The notes under the pieces were generated by a model. It was not told where the DNA came from. It saw nothing but the letters and a program-made list of their open reading frames with translations, and did no database searches. Source: Candidatus Ozemobacteraceae bacterium (GTDB lineage: Bacteria > Muiribacteriota > Ozemobacteria > Ozemobacterales > Ozemobacteraceae). From it: a DNA stretch of 64,000 bases. The DNA is taken from contig OZ223236.1 of the NCBI GenBank assembly GCA_965140445.1, forward strand, positions 32,001 to 96,000, given 5' to 3'. Both the position numbers and the translations under genes were made by a program. Shown one piece after another: positions 28,977-37,227 of this stretch. Each line of letters begins with the position of its first letter. Position 1 is the first letter of the stretch.

Positions 28977-29933
28977 CTATTTTTGCCTTTGCTCTCCTGC
29001 CAAAAAGCTTTTATAAGCCAACTCCAACCCCTCTTTGAGATTTAGGGAAGGACGCCAGCCAAGCTCGGTTAAACGCTCGGTGTTTAGCAATTTCTGCATT
29101 GTTCCGTCTGGTTTTTCCGAATCCCATTCCCATTCACCTTTGAAACCAACAACTTCCTTTATTGTTTCAGCCAGTTCTCTGATAGTAAGATCTTTTCCAC
29201 AACCAATGTTAATAAGTGGGAAGCCATCAGCAAATAACTTTTCGTCCGAAAGCCCCATCAAATAGACACAAGCATCGGCCATATCGTCTGAAAATAGAAA
29301 TTCTCGACGAGGCCTCCCGCTACCCCACAGTTTAACAGCCTGCTCGCCGTTAATTTTGGCTTCATGTATTTTACGAATTAAAGCAGGAAGAACATGAGAA
29401 GTTTGCAAATCATAATTATCCCAGGGGCCATACAAATTTGTTGGCATAACTGCAAAAAACTTTGTTCCATATTGCCTGTTATAGCTTTCACACATTTTAA
29501 TTCCAGCAATTTTGGCAATAGCATATGGCTCGTTAGTCTTCTCTAGCTCGCCAGTCAAAAGATATTCCTCTTTCATTGGCTGAGGACAGTTCTTAGGATA
29601 AACGCATGAAGAACCGAGAAAAAGAAGCCTTTTTACGCCATATTTATAGGAAGAGTGAATAAGATTATTCTGGATACAAAGATTGTCATAGATAAAATCA
29701 GCTGGATAGGTTGCATTTGCATGGATTCCCCCAACTTTTGCAGCAGCAAGAAAAACATACTCAGGCTTTTCTGATTTAAAAAATTCTTCGACAGAAGCAA
29801 AGTCACGAAGATCCATATCGGAAAAGCTTCTTGTTATTATGTTATTAAAACCATTCCCCTGAAGTTTTCGCATTAAAGCGCTTCCCACAAGGCCTTTGTG
29901 TCCCGCAACGTAAATTCTGGAATTCTTTTCCAT
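28977..29933 (-). CDS. fcl: GDP-L-fucose synthase
   Basis: GHKGLVGSA, LAAAKVGGI, LGSSCVYP, YAIAK, MPTNLYGP, SHVLPAL, KPDGT motifs. Confidence 0.97.
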   Translation of the reverse strand: MEKNSRIYVAGHKGLVGSALMRKLQGNGFNNIITRSFSDMDLRDFASVEEFFKSEKPEYVFLAAAKVGGIHANATYPADFIYDNLCIQNNLIHSSYKYGVKRLLFLGSSCVYPKNCPQPMKEEYLLTGELEKTNEPYAIAKIAGIKMCESYNRQYGTKFFAVMPTNLYGPWDNYDLQTSHVLPALIRKIHEAKINGEQAVKLWGSGRPRREFLFSDDMADACVYLMGLSDEKLFADGFPLINIGCGKDLTIRELAETIKEVVGFKGEWEWDSEKPDGTMQKLLNTERLTELGWRPSLNLKEGLELAYKSFLAGEQRQK

Positions 29934-30047
29934 TTTAATTATTGTCCCTGTTAAATATTTGCCAAAAGTAACTTAAAAACGTCCAAAAAATCAAGTTGAA
30001 ATAGGTGCTCAAAGTCAAAGTAAATAAAAACAACCCTGCTGAAAATC

Positions 30048-30085
30048 AAAAGCTTGTGATTCCATTTATTGAAATCACAAGCTTT
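30048..30085 (-). terminator. Hairpin terminator after the acylase gene
   Basis: AAAGCTTGTGATT/AATCACAAGCTTT perfect inverted repeat. Confidence 0.7.
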
Positions 30086-30107
30086 GAAAATACTTTAAAA
30101 ATTTAAG

Positions 30108-32450
30108 TTATGGTTGAAGAACCATAAACCGCCCGCCAAGATGTCGAACTTCCTTCATTGTTAAAGCACGTGGTTTAAAAACGAAATTTTGGAAATTTTT
30201 CATCTGATCTTTTTCAAATTTACCAAACTCACTATTGCCTGGTGGCATACAACCAAATACCTTAATACCATCTTTATCCAGTTCAACAATCTGAACATCA
30301 GTTCCTCTATTCATAAATGGAGAAAAGCTTGCCTCAGATGTCATTGTTGGAACTCCAAGATGATTTACTCCAGCAAATTCCATTTTTGGACAATCAGCAT
30401 CAATAATATTAAGCCCATCTTGAGTCATTTTCATAACTGCTTTGCTAAAAGCTCCAAAAACGACATCACCTGTCTTCTTGTTTCCAAGGTAATTAAAATT
30501 AGACTCTCGCAAAAGAGCTTTGGCAAGTAACGAAGATTGTGTCCATGTTGAATCTGAGCCGACCATCCATGCAAAGTCATTCAAAGTTTCTCCGAACACA
30601 TCATTGAAAATTTCATTCCAGAATGCTTCAAACAAACCTGCGCCTTTGTGATCAAATTTTCCATCAGAATCAAAATCTGTTCTGGTATTATCCCAACTGG
30701 CCAATATCTCATAAGCATTTCTTGTGAGTGGGGTAAACTTTTTCTTATCAATAAATGCCATCAAAAAATCTTTGAAAAAGAAAGCTCTTTGATCAGTAAA
30801 AGCAATGTCTTTATCAAGCTTTTTCAAATAATCAGTTGACCACCAGCCCGAATTGATTCTTACATGCTCAGCAATATATCTAGATCGCTGATCTGCTGCC
30901 CAGCCAGTTTGCAAATCTCCGTCGCGGTAGCCTTTTACAGGAGGGCAATTCCAATTTACATAAAAACCTGTTTCTGGATTTTTACCAGCAAGTCTTTTAT
31001 CTGGAAACGGAAACACCGGTGGAACAGTAACTGGCAATCGGTCATCACCAAAGCTGTTTCGACTTTTTCCAAGTCCGCAGTGAACAAAACTTATATTCGC
31101 ATTTCTATCTGCTGCAATCCAGTTAATAGATAGGGCATTTCGATCTGATGCATCCAGCCATTCATCTATTGTTCTGGCAAAGGTTGAGTCAAACCATCCA
31201 GCATAAGAATCTACAACACGATCTTTCCAGCCTCGACTTTTAACGTAATAAACCCCATTTTCATCGGCAATAACTGGACCAATCTTAGTATCAACAACTT
31301 CACGGATTTCTGGGGATTTTTGTCCCTTAACAAAAATCTGCTCTTTGCGAACTTTTTTACGCAAATTGAAATTCCCACCAATTAGAACATCTTTATCTTC
31401 TTCTGAGGGCTTAACCACAATTAAATCAACCAGATTTCCAACTCCAGCAGTTGCGGTAAAAGCAAGATTCCGATTGGCAGCGAACATAATAAAAATGTAA
31501 CCAACAGGAGTAGTGCCGACAATATCAAATTCCGGAGTATGAAGACCTATTGAGTATACCGCTGAAGGCTTGAAATAACCCATTTGTGGCCCACCAAGCA
31601 TCCAGGCCTTTTTATTGGCCTGATCAGATAAAACAATCCCATAGCTGCCAGATTTATCTGGTATTCCAGTAGATTTTAAAACCCTGTTCCTTTTCTGATT
31701 TCTCAAACCAGGCGAATGAACGGGAGAGCTAATTCCCCGTTTAGTACCAATATGAGGTGGATATCTAAAACCAGGTTTAAAGTAAGTTACATCACCAAGA
31801 GTTGTGAACACCTTTGGATCTTCGTAAAAAATAACATCCTCAAATATGTTTGAAGCAGCTCTTGAACCATATTTTCTTACCAACATATTCAGCAAATGAA
31901 GATTATCTAGCTCCTGAGTAAAATCATTGTATCTGGCTGCCATGGTGCCAGCAAACAAGTTTAAAACCTGAAGTTCAGAAAAAGGGCTTGGATGAATCCC
32001 AGCCTTTTTGAAAGCCGGATCCATTTTGAATTTTCCAGACCTGCAATCGCTAATAGAACGATTCAAACCGTTAGTAAAAGCAGAAAGAGAAGATCTAAAA
32101 GTATTAGAAGTTCTATTTAAACCATCTTGTAATTCATCAAATGGTACACGGTCTCGCCTTGCCAAAAAATCTACTTCGATAAAATCTTTGCCAAAAACTT
32201 CAGATAGAGTCCCTTCTGTTGAACGTCTTAGGAGTTCCATCTGAAACATGCGATCTTTTCCAACACAATAACCGTATCCCCAAAAAACACCTGCAGTTGT
32301 ACTTGCAACTACGTGGGGAATACCAGAATCATCATGCCAAACCTTTACATAATTTGATCGAGCCTGCATTCCACGAGGCTCGCCCGCGAAGCTGCTGACT
32401 GCGATAAACATAAATAAAGTCAGGCATAAAAATCTAAACAGAGTTTTCAT
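30108..32450 (-). CDS. Penicillin G acylase family Ntn-hydrolase
   Basis: Signal peptide; alpha chain DDSGIPHV...GYGY...DRMFQME; beta chain SYGIV...GPQMGYFKPS.VYSIGLH; VNWN. Start re-placed at ATG 32450 after GGAGGAG. Confidence 0.9.
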   Translation of the reverse strand: MKTLFRFLCLTLFMFIAVSSFAGEPRGMQARSNYVKVWHDDSGIPHVVASTTAGVFWGYGYCVGKDRMFQMELLRRSTEGTLSEVFGKDFIEVDFLARRDRVPFDELQDGLNRTSNTFRSSLSAFTNGLNRSISDCRSGKFKMDPAFKKAGIHPSPFSELQVLNLFAGTMAARYNDFTQELDNLHLLNMLVRKYGSRAASNIFEDVIFYEDPKVFTTLGDVTYFKPGFRYPPHIGTKRGISSPVHSPGLRNQKRNRVLKSTGIPDKSGSYGIVLSDQANKKAWMLGGPQMGYFKPSAVYSIGLHTPEFDIVGTTPVGYIFIMFAANRNLAFTATAGVGNLVDLIVVKPSEEDKDVLIGGNFNLRKKVRKEQIFVKGQKSPEIREVVDTKIGPVIADENGVYYVKSRGWKDRVVDSYAGWFDSTFARTIDEWLDASDRNALSINWIAADRNANISFVHCGLGKSRNSFGDDRLPVTVPPVFPFPDKRLAGKNPETGFYVNWNCPPVKGYRDGDLQTGWAADQRSRYIAEHVRINSGWWSTDYLKKLDKDIAFTDQRAFFFKDFLMAFIDKKKFTPLTRNAYEILASWDNTRTDFDSDGKFDHKGAGLFEAFWNEIFNDVFGETLNDFAWMVGSDSTWTQSSLLAKALLRESNFNYLGNKKTGDVVFGAFSKAVMKMTQDGLNIIDADCPKMEFAGVNHLGVPTMTSEASFSPFMNRGTDVQIVELDKDGIKVFGCMPPGNSEFGKFEKDQMKNFQNFVFKPRALTMKEVRHLGGRFMVLQP

Positions 32451-32607
32451 CTTCTCCTCCATGGCAGTTATAATATTCACAAACTATATTAATGGCTAAA
32501 TGTCCTATTTTTCAAACTATTCTGCCTTAACGAGCAAAAAAAGATTGAGAATTTGTTCACACAGCCGTATTCTTTAATATTACATATTTTATTCAGTGAG
32601 GCAGAAA

Positions 32608-33504
32608 ATGTCAGAAAACTCTTGCAGCAGTTGCAGTAAATCAGATTGCTCTTATTCAAAACCAGTCCAAAACGAAAATGACGAACAGTTTCAGCAAAGA
32701 CAAAGAATCGGTAGAGCTTTGTGCAAAATCAAGAATGTGTATCTTGTACTTTCAGGAAAAGGCGGAGTTGGCAAAAGCACAGTTTCAACCAATCTGGCCA
32801 TTTCACTCGCAAATGCCGGTTACAAAACAGGCCTCCTCGACATAGACCTCCACGGACCATCCATCCCAACGATGCTTGGACTAGCTTCTCATAAAGCGAT
32901 GAATCATAATGGCATGCTCCTTCCTGCAGAACCAGCGGATTATCTAAAGGTTATGTCCATGGGCTTTCTCCTGGATTCGCCCGATCAACCAGTTGTATGG
33001 CGAGGACCTATGAAAGCAGGAGCAATTCAACAGCTGATTTCTGATGTTGAATGGGGTGAGCTGGATTATCTCATTGTTGATTGCCCCCCAGGAACTGGCG
33101 ATGAACCACTAAGCATTGCGCAAACAATTCCTGATGCCAAAGGTGCCATTATTGTTACAACTCCACAAGACGTAGCTATTGCAGATGTGAAAAGATCCAT
33201 TACTTTCTGCTCAATGCTAAACCTTCCAATAACTGGAATAGTTGAGAATATGAGCGGTTTTATCTGCCCTGATTGTGGGAAAGAAATCAACCTATTCAAA
33301 AAAGATGGCGGCTACCACCTGGCAACCGCAAATAATCTGGAGTTTCTTGGAAAAATCCCAATTGATCCTTCAATGGTCGAAGCCAGCGATAGCGGAAAAT
33401 CTTACATCAATTCTTTCGAGGAAAGCAAAGCAAACGACTCATTCAAATCGATAGCTAATAAACTCATCAAAAACTCCCCTAAAGAAGTTGAATTAAACGC
33501 ATAA
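32608..33504 (+). CDS. mrp: Mrp/NBP35 (ApbC) Fe-S cluster carrier ATPase
   Basis: SGKGGVGKST, DIDLHGPSIP, VWRGP, DCPPGTGD, VENMSGFICPDC; N-terminal CxxCxxxxC. Confidence 0.95.
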   Translation: MSENSCSSCSKSDCSYSKPVQNENDEQFQQRQRIGRALCKIKNVYLVLSGKGGVGKSTVSTNLAISLANAGYKTGLLDIDLHGPSIPTMLGLASHKAMNHNGMLLPAEPADYLKVMSMGFLLDSPDQPVVWRGPMKAGAIQQLISDVEWGELDYLIVDCPPGTGDEPLSIAQTIPDAKGAIIVTTPQDVAIADVKRSITFCSMLNLPITGIVENMSGFICPDCGKEINLFKKDGGYHLATANNLEFLGKIPIDPSMVEASDSGKSYINSFEESKANDSFKSIANKLIKNSPKEVELNA

Positions 33505-33510
33505 AAGACA

Positions 33511-33553
33511 AAGTAGCTGGTAGAAAAAAACAGTTTTTTGCTACCAGCTGCTT
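33511..33553. terminator. Stem-loop between mrp and the BMC gene (terminator or mRNA-stability element)
   Basis: AAGTAGCTGGTAG/CTACCAGCTGCTT inverted repeat with no clear U-tract; TGATATAAT extended -10-like element just downstream. Confidence 0.5.
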
Positions 33554-33601
33554 ACTACTGTTATGATATAATTTCTTACAGCCTAATCTGAGGAAAAAAG
33601 A

Positions 33602-33952
33602 ATGAACCAAAATTATCAAAGTAAAAAAATCCCGGGAGTCACTCTCAGGTTAATTAAACGCCCTTCAAAAGGTTTTTGGGCGATTTTAGAACATCGTCGC
33701 GTAGAAAGCGATTATTTTGATAAAACAGAACTCCCAACCGATGCAGTTGGCTTAATTCAAGGTCCGGTAGCCACTATTTTAGCTGCTTCAGACATTGCTG
33801 AAAAGGCAGCCGCCATTCAGGTCGCCGAAATTCGAGGAGTCTGCCCAACTCATCTTACGGTCATAGCTCTTTATGGCGACACCTCTGCCGTTGAAGCTGC
33901 CCTATCTGCGGTTGCTGATCAACTTAACGAAACAGAATTCCTGCCATTATGA
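33602..33952 (+). CDS. BMC-domain shell protein, GrpU-like
   Basis: RLIKRPSKG, AVGLIQG, AASDIAEKAA, IRGVCP, YGDTSAVEAAL: BMC fold with a GxCP motif. Confidence 0.8.
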   Translation: MNQNYQSKKIPGVTLRLIKRPSKGFWAILEHRRVESDYFDKTELPTDAVGLIQGPVATILAASDIAEKAAAIQVAEIRGVCPTHLTVIALYGDTSAVEAALSAVADQLNETEFLPL

Positions 33953-34461
33953 CCCATTCACCTCGACAATATTGTTTTGATCAGATAGGCATAGTCCATT
34001 CCAGATTCACTGAACAAGAAGGAACACCTATTCAAGGAAAAATGGCCCCCGAAGAAACAGCTGAAGTTGAAATCTTCGACGAATTTGTTGAAGGACTAAA
34101 GGACTTGGATGGATTCAGTCATATTTATCTAATCTACAGATTTGACCGAATTGAAAAAACAGCAAATCTGGTAAAGCCATACCTGGATACAGAGGTTAGA
34201 GGAGTATTTTCAACCAGATCTCCCAGACGCCCAAACCCTATCGGGTTAACAGTTGTCAGATTGGCTTCAGTAAACGGGAACCGCATAAAAGTATCAGGTG
34301 TTGACCTGCTCGATAAAACCCCAATAATTGATATAAAACCATATATACCTGATTTTGATCAGCACGAACCCGAAAAAATTGGCTGGTATGGCGAAAAGAA
34401 AAACCGTTCGAGCCTGGTTCTTGCAGATAATAGATTCGAAGACGATCCCAGGTCGGAGTAA
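33949..34461 (+). CDS. tsaA: TsaA/TrmO-type SAM-binding tRNA methyltransferase
   Basis: IGIVHS, GLKDLDGFSH, GVFSTRSPRRPNPIGLT, GVDLLDKTPIIDIKPY motifs. Confidence 0.92.
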   Translation: MTHSPRQYCFDQIGIVHSRFTEQEGTPIQGKMAPEETAEVEIFDEFVEGLKDLDGFSHIYLIYRFDRIEKTANLVKPYLDTEVRGVFSTRSPRRPNPIGLTVVRLASVNGNRIKVSGVDLLDKTPIIDIKPYIPDFDQHEPEKIGWYGEKKNRSSLVLADNRFEDDPRSE

Positions 34462-34467
34462 AAGCTA

Positions 34468-34995
34468 ATGCTTCAATATAATCAAAAAGTCTTGCATCAT
34501 TTTTCAAACCCTAAAAATACCGGTAAACTTGACGACTATCACGGCATTGCCTTAATAGGCGATCCAGGCTGTGGTGATTACGTGGAAGTTACCATTCATC
34601 TTTCCGAAGACAACCAAAACGTCGAAAAAATCCGGTATAGAATTAAAGGCTGTCCTGCTGCTATAGCAACCTCCAGTATTACTGCAGAAATAGCAGAAGG
34701 AAAGCCCGTAGAAGAAATTCTGCAGCTTAAAGACATGGATATCGTAAATGCTTTGGGAGGACTTCCTGAAAGCAAAATTCATTGCTCATTATTAGCTGTA
34801 GATGGACTTCACATGGCAATTCAAGATGCAATCCTAAAGCGCTTATTTATAAAAGCGGGTATTGTAAGCTCAAACGACGAATTTGAACAATTTAAAGCGC
34901 AAGGAAAGCTTGATGAGTATCTTGGAGGGAACAACGACTGCAAGTCTCACCCAGGATTAGAGCATGCCTGCGATGGCTCATGCGAGAACCTTTAA
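34468..34995 (+). CDS. IscU/NifU-like Fe-S scaffold protein
   Basis: YNQKVLHHFSNPKNTG, GDPGCGD, GCPAAIATSS, LGGLPESKIHCS; extra Cys/His tail. Confidence 0.92.
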   Translation: MLQYNQKVLHHFSNPKNTGKLDDYHGIALIGDPGCGDYVEVTIHLSEDNQNVEKIRYRIKGCPAAIATSSITAEIAEGKPVEEILQLKDMDIVNALGGLPESKIHCSLLAVDGLHMAIQDAILKRLFIKAGIVSSNDEFEQFKAQGKLDEYLGGNNDCKSHPGLEHACDGSCENL

Positions 34996-35088
34996 ATACC
35001 GGTCTGATACAACATACTTTATAAAGTGTCTATTCTAGATGCTTTTTGACCTTTTAATGCTATTAGTATTGTGTCGACTCTTTTGAAC

Positions 35089-35117
35089 TTGACATATTCA
35101 ATTTTGGCAAATATAAT
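35089..35117 (+). promoter_or_regulatory. Consensus sigma70 promoter
   Basis: TTGACA (35089-35094), 17-nt spacer, TATAAT (35112-35117). Confidence 0.9.
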
Positions 35118-35151
35118 CACACCGTTCTAAATCAACAAGGAGGCAAGCGCT

Positions 35152-35220
35152 ATGACAATTTTAATATTTAACGCATTCCCAACACGGGCAAAAGCCTCCC
35201 TGTACCCAATCAATCTCTGA
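35152..35220 (+). CDS. Putative 22-aa leader peptide MTILIFNAFPTRAKASLYPINL
   Basis: Strong AAGGAGG RBS just after a perfect promoter; followed by a terminator and then the ABC exporter. Confidence 0.7.
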   Translation: MTILIFNAFPTRAKASLYPINL

Positions 35221-35240
35221 CTTTTTAATCAGTCTTAACC

Positions 35241-35277
35241 AAATGGGTTGTCCAGGGGGCGACCCATTTTTTATTTT
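35241..35277 (+). terminator. Attenuator-type intrinsic terminator in the ABC exporter leader
   Basis: AAATGGGTTGTCC-loop-GGGCGACCCATTT followed by TTTATTTT. Confidence 0.8.
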
Positions 35278-35427
35278 CCAAAGTTCCCGGCTTTTTTTCA
35301 AAAGTCCTTTTAGTTAGAATTGAGAGGGTATTTCTTATGAGAATTAATTCATCAAAGTAAATTTTATGAAACTTTTATTGCGCGATCTGAAAGCAGATCA
35401 ATTGAACAGAAATATGGTAGTGAAAAA

Positions 35428-37227
35428 ATGCAAAACAAAAACACATCAGTAATCAAACGACTACTGCCATTCTTCAGGCCTCACCTTGGCAAGTTGCTGA
35501 TTTCAATAGTTTCAATGACTATTGTTACCGCAGTACACCTTGCAAGGCCAATGATATTGCGAGAAATCATTGACTCTGCTATCCCGCAGAAAAACATTGA
35601 ACTAGCAATAAAAATGGCTTCTCTGTTCATCCTCTGTCTCATAACAGGCGCATTTGCGATGTATGTTCGAGTTAAGTTGATGGCCAGAATGGGTGCTGAA
35701 GTAGTAGCCGAAATCAAAAGAAAACTTTTTAATCAGATTGTCAGTCAAGGAATGAGGTTTTTCGACCTTAACCAGACCGGAAAACTCATCACCCGAACAG
35801 AATCTGATGCGAATCAATTAAAATCGCTATTCACACAATCGACAGCACAATTATTTGCCAGTTCAATGCTGATAATTGGCACAATTATCGTCCTTATGAG
35901 GGAAGATAAAAATATTGGTCTTTTTGCAATAGCTTCTGTCTTTGTTGTTGGAATCTTGATGTTCTTTTATTTAAAGTACATTAGAGGTCTATACACCAAG
36001 GTCAGAGAAAAAAATAGTGAGCTAACAGGAAGTCTGACAGAGTATATCCAGGGAGTTCCCCTGATCAAGATACACGGTCGTGAAAATGAAATTAACAGAA
36101 AAATGACCATTCTTAATCAGGAAAAAGCAGATCTGGAATGCAAAGCGGCTTTCATTGATTATGTTATGTTTTCTTCGACTTTCAGGCTATTTACAGAAGT
36201 AGGGGCAATCGCCGCTGTTTTCTGGTATGGAAGTCAGAAAGTATTTGAAGGAACCATGACAGTTGGAACACTGGTCATGTATATCGAACTACTAAGACAG
36301 TTTTTCAGGCCACTTGAGTTTCTTCTGGAAGTTCTTGCACAGCTACAGTCAGCGTTAGCTGCCGGTGCTAGAGTTTTCGGAATTCTTGATACTGAGCCAG
36401 AAGTTGTTGATGGTGGGACTGAGCAACCGAACCTGAAACTTCAAAAAAGCATAAAATTCTCAAACGTTACTTTCGCATATGACAAAGAAGTAGTGTTAGA
36501 AAAAGCAAATTTTGAAGTTCCCCGAGGCAAGCAAATTGCAATAGTAGGTGCTTCTGGTTCTGGAAAAACAACCTGTATCAACCTGCTTTTACGCTTCTAC
36601 GACCCTGTTAGTGGCGAAATTCAGATTGATGGACAAAACATCAAGGACATCAAGTTACATGACTGGAGAAAAAAGATATCTCTTGTTTTACAGGAAATTT
36701 ATCTGTTTCCAGGAACAATTATGGAAAACCTGAAAGCCTTTCATACAGACGTTGATGACCAAACAGTTATTAACGCTGCAAAAGAACTTGGAGCGCATGA
36801 TTTCATAATGAAACAGGCAAAGGGATACGATACTACTCTGGCTGAGCGAGGTGCAAACCTTTCATATGGAGAGAGACAACTTCTTTCCTACACCAGGGCA
36901 TTAGTAAAAGATCCCGACTTACTGATTCTGGATGAAGCAACCTCTTCTGTTGATGTAATTACAGAAAAAGAACTTCAAAAATCTATGCATAAACTAATGG
37001 AAGGCAGAACTTCCATTATAATCGCCCACCGCCTTTCAACCATTAGACAAGCTGATAACATCCTTGTTTTTGACAAGGGAAGACTTGTTCAGCAAGGCTC
37101 ACACGAGCGACTAATGAAACAGGAAGGTATTTACCAGGAATTAGTTCATATTCAATCTGCCGACGGAAAAATTAAAGAGCAGATCGAATCAGAGCTGGTT
37201 CAAGAACAATCAGGAGCTGTGGCATGA
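35428..37227 (+). CDS. ABC exporter half-transporter (TMD+NBD), MdlB-like
   Basis: Walker A GASGSGKTT, degenerate signature LSYGE, Walker B LILDEAT, AHRLS. Confidence 0.93.
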   Translation: MQNKNTSVIKRLLPFFRPHLGKLLISIVSMTIVTAVHLARPMILREIIDSAIPQKNIELAIKMASLFILCLITGAFAMYVRVKLMARMGAEVVAEIKRKLFNQIVSQGMRFFDLNQTGKLITRTESDANQLKSLFTQSTAQLFASSMLIIGTIIVLMREDKNIGLFAIASVFVVGILMFFYLKYIRGLYTKVREKNSELTGSLTEYIQGVPLIKIHGRENEINRKMTILNQEKADLECKAAFIDYVMFSSTFRLFTEVGAIAAVFWYGSQKVFEGTMTVGTLVMYIELLRQFFRPLEFLLEVLAQLQSALAAGARVFGILDTEPEVVDGGTEQPNLKLQKSIKFSNVTFAYDKEVVLEKANFEVPRGKQIAIVGASGSGKTTCINLLLRFYDPVSGEIQIDGQNIKDIKLHDWRKKISLVLQEIYLFPGTIMENLKAFHTDVDDQTVINAAKELGAHDFIMKQAKGYDTTLAERGANLSYGERQLLSYTRALVKDPDLLILDEATSSVDVITEKELQKSMHKLMEGRTSIIIAHRLSTIRQADNILVFDKGRLVQQGSHERLMKQEGIYQELVHIQSADGKIKEQIESELVQEQSGAVA

